The notes: generated from the sequence alone by a model not told the origin. DNA of 22,144 nt from an uncultured bacterium (GCA_963977445.1 CAXBPH010000101.1:1-22144), one strand, 5' to 3'. Positions 1 through 7,994 are shown, counted from the stretch's first letter. Numbers and translations are program-made.

Positions 1-472
1 ACGCAAATTTTCAGAGGGCACTCAATGTTGGCCAGGGAGCCAATCATCCCACAGGGTTTTTCTTTGGTCATTAAAGTCGCTTTGCAATGACCCCATGGGG
101 GGCGAAGAATCTGGTTCCGCTTGTGTCGACCAGGAATGGTCAACCCCCTGTGGTGCCCGTGGCACAGGTGAAAGAGGCCGCCAACAGACTCACAAATGCA
201 GTTTCCGCGTACATTGAATGCTCATTCACAAGAGACGGGAGTTTTATCCGGAAAACGCCTGGCGGCACGCGTGGCCAAATGCGCGGTTGACGTGGGCCTG
301 TCTTTTGTATATCCTGTGGGAATCGTTTTGGCAACTTCTTGTGGGTTGCCATACCAAACGTTTGAGCGCAGTTTACGCCGGGGGAAACGCGGATTAACGT
401 AGCCACGGCGCACGACGCACCAACTTCAATTCAGCCATTCGCCCCGGTGGATGGCCTCGCAGGAGATCAACG

Positions 473-1828
473 ATGAAAAAAATCTCATTGACCCGTCGCG
501 CCTTCCTCGCGGCATCGACCACCACGGTCGCCGCGACCGCTATGGCCGCCCCCAACGACGCCAAAGTCGTTCCCGGAAAAATTTCCCCCAACGAAAAGCT
601 GAATATCGCCGCGATTGGTGCCGGCGGCAAAGGCATGAGTGATATCATGTCCTGCCACAAACACGGCGAAAACATCGTCGCCCTCTGCGACGCCGACTGG
701 AACCGCGCCGGCGAAGCCTTCTACAAACTTCCCGATGCCAAGCAGTTCAAAGATTATCGCGAAATGCTCGAAAATATGCCCGAAATCGACGCCTGCACCG
801 TTTCGACCCCCGACCATACCCACGCACCAGCCGCCTACACGGCCATGAAGCTGGGCAAACACGTCTACGTCCAGAAACCCCTCACCCACACGGTGGCGGA
901 AGCCCGTCTCCTGACCAACACGGCCCGCGAAATGGGTGTTAAAACCCAAATGGGTAACCAGGGTCACTGCGGCGATGGCGTTCGCGACATGTGCGAAATG
1001 GTATGGGATGGCGCTATCGGCCAGGTCAAAGAAGCCCACGTCTGGACCAACCGTCCCGTATGGCCCCAGGGTATCGATAAGCCCCTCGACGAAATGCCCG
1101 TACCCGACACGATGAATTGGGACCTGTGGATCGGTACCGCCCCCATGCGCCCCTTCAATGACCAATACTGCCCCTTCAACTGGCGTGGCTGGTGGGATTT
1201 TGGCAGCGGTGCCCTGGGCGACATGGCGTGCCATATCATGGACCCCACCTTCTGGGCCCTCAAGCTCGTCGAAGCACCAGATTACACTGTAGAAGTCATT
1301 GCCCAGTCCGGGAAGAACGACCAGACAGCCCCCAACGCCTCCGTCATCAAATACAGCTTCCCCGCCCGTGCTGATATGGGCCCCGTCGATGTATTCTGGT
1401 ACGATGGCGAAATGATTCCCAAGCGCCCTGAAGGTGTTCCCGCCGACCAGAAACTGGGCGACGGCCGCAACGGCTCCTTCTTCATCGGTGACAACGGCAT
1501 CCTTACTGCCGGCGAATATGGTGGAGAAGCCCGTTTGCTTCCCGACGAGAAAATGGTGGACTACAAGCGCCCCGAAAGAACCATCAAGCGCATCGAAGGC
1601 GAAGATCCTTATCTCAATTGGATCCAGGCCTGCAAAGGTGGCGACGACGCCGCTTCCAACTTCAGCTATTCCGGTCCCTTCACCGAAATGGTCGCTTTCG
1701 GCAACCTGGCCCTCCGCACCGAGCAGAAGATGCACTGGGACAACAAAAAGGGCATGGTCACCAACGTGCCCAACCCCGCCGAATTCGTCAGCAAGGAATA
1801 CCGCAAAGGCTGGGAACTGCCCTGCTAG
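473..1828 (+). CDS. Tat-exported Gfo/Idh/MocA family NAD(P)-dependent oxidoreductase (paralog 1)
   Basis: Twin-arginine signal (LTRRAFLAA...AMAA), Rossmann motif IAAIGAGGKG, STPDHTH, VQKPL (EKP-like) and GALGDMACH. RBS AGGAG upstream of ATG 473. Confidence 0.93.
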   Translation: MKKISLTRRAFLAASTTTVAATAMAAPNDAKVVPGKISPNEKLNIAAIGAGGKGMSDIMSCHKHGENIVALCDADWNRAGEAFYKLPDAKQFKDYREMLENMPEIDACTVSTPDHTHAPAAYTAMKLGKHVYVQKPLTHTVAEARLLTNTAREMGVKTQMGNQGHCGDGVRDMCEMVWDGAIGQVKEAHVWTNRPVWPQGIDKPLDEMPVPDTMNWDLWIGTAPMRPFNDQYCPFNWRGWWDFGSGALGDMACHIMDPTFWALKLVEAPDYTVEVIAQSGKNDQTAPNASVIKYSFPARADMGPVDVFWYDGEMIPKRPEGVPADQKLGDGRNGSFFIGDNGILTAGEYGGEARLLPDEKMVDYKRPERTIKRIEGEDPYLNWIQACKGGDDAASNFSYSGPFTEMVAFGNLALRTEQKMHWDNKKGMVTNVPNPAEFVSKEYRKGWELPC

Positions 1829-1855
1829 CGGCATGATGATACCCCACTGAATTCC

Positions 1856-1890
1856 AACGGCCCCGCGAGCAACCCTCGTGGGGCCGTTTG
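1856..1890 (+). terminator. Stem-loop after oxidoreductase 1, probable intrinsic terminator
   Basis: AACGGCCCCGCGAG-caacc-CTCGTGGGGCCGTT, a 14-bp stem with one G-U pair, 27 nt after the stop. The U-tail is short. Confidence 0.55.
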
Positions 1891-2094
1891 CATGGGGACT
1901 ACACCGCCGCTGCCCGTGTCGACACCAAGTGGAACGTTGACAGGGAAGGGTCCTTGATCCCCGTATTGCCTTCTGTTTAAATGCATAGACATATCCCCCC
2001 ATAATCCGGCACGCTTCCACCTGAAGCATCTTTTGCACCTCACGGTATATGCCCCGCCAACAGACCCGGTTTCGCCGGGATGAGGAATTTTGTC

Positions 2095-3675
2095 ATGCGC
2101 TACACGGCATTCCTGCTTACCATCGTGTTAACCGCCGGATTCGCAACCGCCGGTGCACTCACGTCCATCTGGTGGTGGGCACCTCTCGTGGTGTTGGTTC
2201 CCGGCTCCCTGCTCGGATGCTGGGATTTATTGCAGACGCGACACAGCCTCATGCGAAACTATCCGCTCGCCGCGCGGCTGCGGTGGCTCTTCGAAGAGAT
2301 CCGTCCCGAGATTCGCCAGTATTTTGTAGAAAGCGACATTGACGGTAGTCCCTTTAGCCGGAATTCCCGTGCTCTGGTCTATGAGCGCGCCAAAAACACC
2401 CACGAAGAGAAGCCCTTCGGGACGGAGCTGGAAGTCTACGATTTGGGCTATGAATGGTTTGTCCATTCGATCGCGCCCCGACCCCAGTCGGAAAAGCCCT
2501 TCAAGGTAACCGTAGGTGGCCCCGACTGCACCCAGCCCTATGATATGGCCCTGCTGAATGTTTCCGCCATGAGCTTTGGCGCCTTGAGTGGCAACGCCAT
2601 CGGCGCGCTGAACAAGGGTGCCTGGATGGGCGGCTTTGCCCATGACACAGGGGAAGGGGGGCTCACAAAATACCATCTTGAGCACGGGGGCGATCTCGTC
2701 TGGGAAATTGGCAGTGGTTACTTCGGTTGCCGGACCCCGGAGGGAAAGTTCGACCTCGAAACCTTCCGGGAAAAAGCCGGTCACCCTGCCGTCAAGTGCA
2801 TCTCCATCAAACTTTCTCAAGGGGCCAAACCCGGATTGGGCGGCGTCATGCCCGCCGCCAAGGTGACGGCGGAAGTTGCAAAATTCCGGGGCGTTCCCGA
2901 GGGAGTGAAATGCATTTCACCACCCTATCACACGGCCTTCGATTCACCCCGCAGTCTGCTGGACTTTGTCCAAAGCCTGCGCGAAGCCAGCGGTGGCAAA
3001 CCGACTGGATTCAAATTGTGCATTGGCCGCGAGTCCGAATTTCTCAGCGTCTGCAAGGCCATGATGGAACGGGAGATCTATCCCGACTTTATCATCATTG
3101 ACGGTTCCGAAGGGGGGACGGGTGCCGCGCCCCAGGAATTCGAAGATCATGTGGGCACACCCTTAACCGAAGGTCTCCATTTCGCACACAACGCCCTGGT
3201 CGGGTGCGGGTTGCGCGAACGCATCAAGATAGGATGCAGCGGCAAGGTAAACTCGTCCTTCGAAATGGCGAAGCGTATCGCCCAGGGCGCGGATTACTGC
3301 AACGCCGCCCGGGCCATGATGTTTGCCATCGGGTGTATCCAGGCACAACGATGCCACACAAACACCTGCCCCGTGGGGGTAGCAACGCAAGATCCAAAGC
3401 GAACACGGGCCCTGGTGGTGGAAGACAAGGCCCAGCGTGTCTACCACTTCCAGCAAAATACCGTGGCCGACTTCCAGAAGCTCATCGCCGCCCTGGGCCT
3501 CGACAACCCCTCGGAACTCGATCCCACCATGCTGATGAAGCGGGTAACGGAAACCACGACCAGGAGCTACGCCGAATTGTATGAATACCTAAAGCCCCAT
3601 GAATTGCTGACCGGAACCGCCCCCACCCGCTGGGAAACCGTCTGGCAACAAGCCTCAGCCGACCGCTTCCGGTAG
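2095..3675 (+). CDS. FMN-binding glutamate synthase family protein (stand-alone FMN/Fe-S domain with N-terminal membrane segment, YerD-like)
   Basis: Motifs NVSAMSFGALS, HDTGEGG, IKLSQGAKPGLGG, DGSEGGTGAAP and the 3Fe-4S motif CIQAQRCHTNTCPVGVATQ. Hydrophobic N-terminus. GAGGA RBS favours ATG 2095 over 2080. Confidence 0.92.
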   Translation: MRYTAFLLTIVLTAGFATAGALTSIWWWAPLVVLVPGSLLGCWDLLQTRHSLMRNYPLAARLRWLFEEIRPEIRQYFVESDIDGSPFSRNSRALVYERAKNTHEEKPFGTELEVYDLGYEWFVHSIAPRPQSEKPFKVTVGGPDCTQPYDMALLNVSAMSFGALSGNAIGALNKGAWMGGFAHDTGEGGLTKYHLEHGGDLVWEIGSGYFGCRTPEGKFDLETFREKAGHPAVKCISIKLSQGAKPGLGGVMPAAKVTAEVAKFRGVPEGVKCISPPYHTAFDSPRSLLDFVQSLREASGGKPTGFKLCIGRESEFLSVCKAMMEREIYPDFIIIDGSEGGTGAAPQEFEDHVGTPLTEGLHFAHNALVGCGLRERIKIGCSGKVNSSFEMAKRIAQGADYCNAARAMMFAIGCIQAQRCHTNTCPVGVATQDPKRTRALVVEDKAQRVYHFQQNTVADFQKLIAALGLDNPSELDPTMLMKRVTETTTRSYAELYEYLKPHELLTGTAPTRWETVWQQASADRFR

Positions 3676-3791
3676 GCGTCGTGGGCCCCCACGAATGGGT
3701 ATGGATCGGTCTGTCGGACGAAGCCTGAATCTCCTTCCGGGAAGTCCGATGCAAAACACAAACCCGTCACACCCGGTCCGATTTGATGAAT

Positions 3792-4172
3792 TTAATGGAC
3801 ACGGGGGACCCTGTCCTCACGATCAGCGGCATCGCGTGTATCCACGAGACACGCGATGCCCCCGATTGGACTGCCGCAACCGTAATGCCTATCGGCCGAT
3901 ACGAATCTCTGCATATCGGCCTTCACGCGGTCCAAGGCGCGGCGAGTCGCCACGGTGTGTAGCCAGCCCCCGACAGATTGGACGCCGCCCGGACCCTTCA
4001 TCAACTCCAGGAAAGATTCCTGGGCGACCTCTTCCGCGATACCCGGGTTCTTAACGACGCGCAGGCACGCCCCATAGACCATGACGGCGTGCCGCTAAAG
4101 GAGCTCCGCGAAGGCATCGGCATCTCTGCTACTACGCCATTTGTTGAATAGTGTTGCATCGGATTGTGACAT
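3792..4172 (-). pseudogene. ECF sigma-70 factor remnant (region 2 only, in-frame amber stop)
   Basis: From ATG 4172 (RBS GAGGGAG) it reads MSQSDATLFNKWRSSRDADAFAELL*RHAVMVYGACLRVVKNPGIAEEVAQESFLEL...GGWLHTVATRRALD, a typical ECF region 2. TAG at 4097-4095. No recognisable region 4 before the TAA at 3792. Confidence 0.8.
3828..3860. repeat. Perfect 12-bp inverted repeat
   Basis: GGCATCGCGTGT-atccacgag-ACACGCGATGCC. Confidence 0.75.
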
Positions 4173-4288
4173 CGTTCGTAGTTCTCCCTCAGGTTCATGC
4201 CGCATCAACAGCTTCTATAGTATATGTCGACATGGCAGGGAAGAATGACGCGCGTGGAGGGAGAACGAAGCGGATACATAGTCAACCC

Positions 4289-4376
4289 CCGTGCCACGTC
4301 GTAGACGCGCCGTAGGAGGGCGATCCGACCCCGTCGGTTCGTGTGTGGAGTACGCAGTCAACTTCCCACGCCTGCA
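4289..4376. repeat. 88-nt direct repeat, copy 1
   Basis: CCGTGCCACGTCgTAGACGCGCCGTAGGAGGGCGATCCGACccCGTCGGTTCGTGTGTGGAGTACGcAGTCAACTTCCCACGCCTGCA matches 4440-4527 at 84/88 positions. Confidence 0.95.
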
Positions 4377-4411
4377 CGGGCAAGCCCTTGCGGGCTTGTC
4401 CGTGGCACCCC
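4375..4411 (-). repeat. REP-like imperfect palindrome
   Basis: The minus strand reads GGGGTGC-CACGGACAAGCCC-GCAA-GGGCTTGCCCGTG: 13-nt arms with one mismatch, a GNRA loop and a GGTG head. Confidence 0.55.
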
Positions 4412-4439
4412 AAGGTTTACGTTTAAAAAAAATCTTCCT

Positions 4440-4527
4440 CCGTGCCACGTCATAGACGCGCCGTAGGAGGGCGATCCGACAACGTCGGTTCGTGTGTGGA
4501 GTACGTAGTCAACTTCCCACGCCTGCA
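4440..4527. repeat. 88-nt direct repeat, copy 2
   Basis: Offset 151 nt from copy 1, with four substitutions (g>a, cc>aa, c>t). Confidence 0.95.
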
Positions 4528-4627
4528 AACGCAAACCGCGGCCCCCCCGAGGCATTTTTTCTGAAACTTGGACCCACCCCGGTCCCGTCCAATAGAATAG
4601 GTCTATCCCAATTAAAAAGGAGCTTCC

Positions 4628-5983
4628 ATGAAACACACCGACCTCACCCGACGCGCTTTTCTGGCCGCTACGACCACCGCCATTGCCCTGACCCCTGCGG
4701 TGGTCCGGGCCAACGATGCGAAAGTAGTGCCACGAAAAATATCCCCCAACGAAAAGCTCAACGTGGCCGGTATCGGCGTGGGTGGCAAGGGCCTGAGCGA
4801 CATTATGAACTGCCGCAAGGAAAATGTGGTCGCCATGGCCGATGTAGACTGGGATCGGGCCGGCGAAGCCTTCTATAAACAGCCCGACGCGAAGCAGTTC
4901 AAAGATTTTCGCGTCATGCTCGACAACATGCCCGAAATTGACGCCGTAACCATTTCCACCCCGGACTTTACCCACGCTCCCGCCGCCTACACGGCCATGA
5001 TGATGGGGAAACATGTCTATGTGCAGAAACCCCTGACCCATACCGTGGCGGAAGCCCGGATGTTGACCCGGGTCGCCCGGGAAACGGGGGTGGCGACCCA
5101 AATGGGTAACCAGGGCCACTCGGGCAGCGGAACACGCCGTTTTTGCGAGATTTTCTGGGATGGCGCCATTGGCGAGGTCCGGGAGGCCCACGCGTGGACC
5201 GATCGGCCGGGCGATCGCTGGCACCGCGATCCGGCAGCACTGGAAGCGGGTGAAGCCATTCCGAAAGATATGGATTGGGAATTGTGGCTCGGCAGCGGCC
5301 CCCGCAGGCCCTACAGCGAAATTCTCCATCCCAATAAATGGCGGGTCTGGTGGGATTATGGCTGTGGTGCCCTGGGTGATATGGCCTGTCACATCATGGA
5401 TTCGTCCTATTGGGCCCTGAAACTGGGCGACGCCCCTTCCTTCACGGTAGAGTCCATTCTGGAAGAAAATAAGACCGATATCCTCGTGCCCACGGCGTCG
5501 GTGTTGAAATACAGCTTCCCCGAGCGCGCCGGGCTGCCTGCGGTGGATTTTTTCTGGTATGACGGCGGCAAGATGCCCGAACGGCCCCAGGGGATACCCC
5601 ACGCCGAAAAGCTCGGCGATGGCGACAATGGCTCCTTCCTGGTGGGCAGTAAGGGCGTGCTGACCACGGGCACCTATGGCGGCAATACCCGTCTCCTCCC
5701 GGAATCCCGTATGGACGGCTACACTCTGCCCGATGAAACCCTGACCCGGGTCAAGGGCTCCCACTACAACAACTGGATCGACGCCTGTAAGGGAGGCGAT
5801 CCGGCCTGTTCAAACTTTGACTATGCCGGGCCCTTTACAGAGATGGTGCTCATGGGCAATATCGCCCTCCGCACCGGCACCAAGGTGGAATATAATGCGA
5901 CGACGGGCACGATAAAGGACAATCCCCAGGCGTCGGCCCTGCTCAGCACGGAATACCACAACGGCTGGACCCTGCCGGTCTAA
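4628..5983 (+). CDS. Tat-exported Gfo/Idh/MocA family oxidoreductase (paralog 2)
   Basis: LTRRAFLAA Tat motif, VAGIGVGGKG, VQKPLTHTVAEAR and GALGDMACHIMD. AAGGAG RBS. Clear paralog of 473..1828. Confidence 0.93.
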   Translation: MKHTDLTRRAFLAATTTAIALTPAVVRANDAKVVPRKISPNEKLNVAGIGVGGKGLSDIMNCRKENVVAMADVDWDRAGEAFYKQPDAKQFKDFRVMLDNMPEIDAVTISTPDFTHAPAAYTAMMMGKHVYVQKPLTHTVAEARMLTRVARETGVATQMGNQGHSGSGTRRFCEIFWDGAIGEVREAHAWTDRPGDRWHRDPAALEAGEAIPKDMDWELWLGSGPRRPYSEILHPNKWRVWWDYGCGALGDMACHIMDSSYWALKLGDAPSFTVESILEENKTDILVPTASVLKYSFPERAGLPAVDFFWYDGGKMPERPQGIPHAEKLGDGDNGSFLVGSKGVLTTGTYGGNTRLLPESRMDGYTLPDETLTRVKGSHYNNWIDACKGGDPACSNFDYAGPFTEMVLMGNIALRTGTKVEYNATTGTIKDNPQASALLSTEYHNGWTLPV

Positions 5984-6420
5984 ATTAGTGAAGATTCATC
6001 TCGGACATTCTCCAGGACAATCGGTTGCCTGCTGCAGGCGCTTGCGTATATGAACTCAACGAACGAGCTGGGTTTGACAGGGGTCTACCTTCGCTTATTC
6101 AGGCGCCTGCCCCGTCCCTCAGGGGTGGTTCTGGACCCCGTTTCGGGCCGGATTGCCCACCTTCCCCGACGTATTGGCGGAGTTTGGGGCGCTGAATCGC
6201 CCCCAGAATACCCGGTGAGCAAGTTGCCTTCACGGCAGAGGCCCTGCTAGTATCGCGTAGTGTAGAAATAGACGATTGCGGCCCGAGGGTGCTACCTGTA
6301 GCTCCGAGGACCGATTTTTCGCAGATAACCGCCCGATTGGGCTGTCGTTTTTCGGCCCGCTGCCCGGTGGCAGCGACCGTGTACTATCTGTTGACGTCGA
6401 GAAAATACCGGAGACTTCGT

Positions 6421-7422
6421 ATGCCATTGCATACCCGCATAATCCTGCTTGTTGCCCTCGTATGCTGCCTGGGCAGCCAGGACGTATTCGCCCAATGGAC
6501 CTGGACCCCGCAGACGGGTCGCTGGGTTAACCTCAAGCGCCTGCCCAAAGAAACGCCCCAGCTCCAGGTGGAATATGCCCGGAGCCTCATGCTCGAAGGG
6601 GAATACAACAAGGCCTGGCGCGAGACGAGAAAATTCATTGAGTTCTATGAAGACAGTGAATATCTCGACGACAACCAGTTTCTTCGCGGTGAAATCCGCA
6701 TGGGACAGGGCAAGTGGCTCGATGGCGCGAAGGAATTTCAGAACCTCATAGTCGTCCATCCCGAAACGGATCACTACGACGAAGCCATCGACAAGCAATA
6801 TGAGATCGGTGACCTCTATTTTGAGCGGGGTCAGGTAAAGATCAAGCAGCGCTGGACCTTGTGGAAAAAACGCCCCTTGAAGCGCGCCGTGGAAGTCTAT
6901 TCCATGGTAATTGAGAACCAGCCCTTCACGGCCAATGCCGCCAAAGCCCAATACCAGGTTGGCCTGTGCCGCTACACGACGGAAAACTATCTCGAAGCCG
7001 CCTTCGATTATCGCCGGGTCATTGAAGACTATTCCGGTTCCGACTGGGTCGATGAAGCCAGCTATGGCCTCGCCATGTGTTACTACGACATGTCTTTGCC
7101 TCCGGAATATGACCAGACCCCCAGCCAGTTGACCATCGATGCTATCGACAGCTTTGGCAACCGCTATCCCGATGACGAGCGTCTGGCCGGTCTGCGTACC
7201 AAACAGGCAGAAATGCAGGAGCATATTGCCCAACAGCAATTGCTCAACGCCAAGTTCTACGAAAAGCGCCGGAGCTTCGGGGCCGCCAAGATTTATTATG
7301 AGCAGGTCGTCGAAAAGTATCCGGAAAGCGACGCGGCAACCGATGCCCGTGTCTGGCTGGATGCCCACCAGGGTATACGCCATATCGGTAGTCCCGAAGC
7401 CGACACGGTGACGGTACAATGA
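6421..7422 (+). CDS. bamD: Outer membrane protein assembly factor BamD-like TPR protein
   Basis: Signal peptide from ATG 6421 (GGAG RBS) and TPR helices. BamD hallmarks PPEYDQTPS...AIDSFGNRYPD and AKFYEKRRSFGAAKIYYEQVVEKYPES. Adjacent to lptE-holA. Confidence 0.82.
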   Translation: MPLHTRIILLVALVCCLGSQDVFAQWTWTPQTGRWVNLKRLPKETPQLQVEYARSLMLEGEYNKAWRETRKFIEFYEDSEYLDDNQFLRGEIRMGQGKWLDGAKEFQNLIVVHPETDHYDEAIDKQYEIGDLYFERGQVKIKQRWTLWKKRPLKRAVEVYSMVIENQPFTANAAKAQYQVGLCRYTTENYLEAAFDYRRVIEDYSGSDWVDEASYGLAMCYYDMSLPPEYDQTPSQLTIDAIDSFGNRYPDDERLAGLRTKQAEMQEHIAQQQLLNAKFYEKRRSFGAAKIYYEQVVEKYPESDAATDARVWLDAHQGIRHIGSPEADTVTVQ

Positions 7423-7994
7423 CGCTCCGATTGATACATGGCGCAATGTATCTGCTGAGCGCATGCGTCCTTACCGGGTGTGGCTATTCGACCCAGAGCA
7501 CCCTCGATCCCAAATATCAGACCATCGCCGTTACGCCTTTCTTTGACGAAAGTCGCGAGTATGACCTCCAGGCCCCATTGACCAATGCGGTCACCCGGAA
7601 GTTCATCCACGACACCCGTCTCGATGTGGTCCATCCCGATAAGGCCGATCTTCTCCTGGAAGGCGTTATTCTGGATTACAGCCTCAAGGGCCTTACCTAT
7701 GACCGGAATGATGAAGTCACCCAGTATCTCCTCGTGATTTCGGCCGGTGTTCGGGTAACCGATCTCCGTAGTGGCGAAGTCTTGTGGGAAGAGCGCCTCA
7801 TGGCAGGCGAAACCAGTTATTACACCCGCGCCGCAGGGCAGTCTTCCGACCGCCTCCGTGGCAACGCCGAAGTCTTCCTGCCAACGGTTCGCTCTTTTGC
7901 CAGTGATGAAGAAAATCGTGCCGCCGCAGAAGCCCTGGAGCAACTGGCGTCGGATATTTTCTATCGCACCGTGGAACCCTGGCCCCAGTCATAG
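7419..7994 (+). CDS. lptE: LptE family LPS-assembly lipoprotein
   Basis: Lipobox LTGC followed by GY, TIAVTPF, ADLLLEGVI, and C-terminal AAAEALEQLASDI. ATGA overlap with bamD and upstream of holA. Confidence 0.8.
   Translation: MTLRLIHGAMYLLSACVLTGCGYSTQSTLDPKYQTIAVTPFFDESREYDLQAPLTNAVTRKFIHDTRLDVVHPDKADLLLEGVILDYSLKGLTYDRNDEVTQYLLVISAGVRVTDLRSGEVLWEERLMAGETSYYTRAAGQSSDRLRGNAEVFLPTVRSFASDEENRAAAEALEQLASDIFYRTVEPWPQS

Noticed and set aside
1..472. Short ORFs and recurring CTGTGG/CACAGG words (possible DnaA boxes)
   Set aside because: There are 3 or more mismatches to TTATCCACA and the ORFs lack coding signatures. Treated as intergenic.
485..2038. Long antisense ORFs (485..2038, 4358..5764, 6292..7464, 18572..19606, 20475..21956 and others)
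   Set aside because: They are shadows of well-supported genes, expected from GC-rich codon bias, and carry no family motifs.
4281..4296. sigma54-like TGGCAC-N5-TTGA on the minus strand
   Set aside because: The -12 element is GA rather than GC, it arises at the repeat junction, and it is absent in copy 2.
4215..4448. 77-aa minus-strand ORF and the 128-aa ORF 4492..4878
   Set aside because: They run through repeats and hairpins or overlap the oxidoreductase out of frame, and have no recognisable motifs.
4289..4527. CRISPR array or integron attC interpretation of the repeats
   Set aside because: The unit is too long for a CRISPR repeat and has only two full copies, with no cas or integrase gene. 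GTTGACT/AGTCAAC do not match GTTRRRY/RYYYAAC as paired ends.
4289..4527. HDV-like ribozyme on the minus strand (GCC-CUCCUAC-GGC resembles P3/L3) or a tRNA
   Set aside because: There is no convincing P2, P1.1 or catalytic J4/2 C, and no cloverleaf with a proper T-arm or acceptor stem.
5984..6420. Intergenic region with small hairpins and promoter-like TTGCCT-18-TAGTAT (6224-6253)
   Set aside because: No recognisable ncRNA family, and several competing weak promoter candidates, so none could be called.
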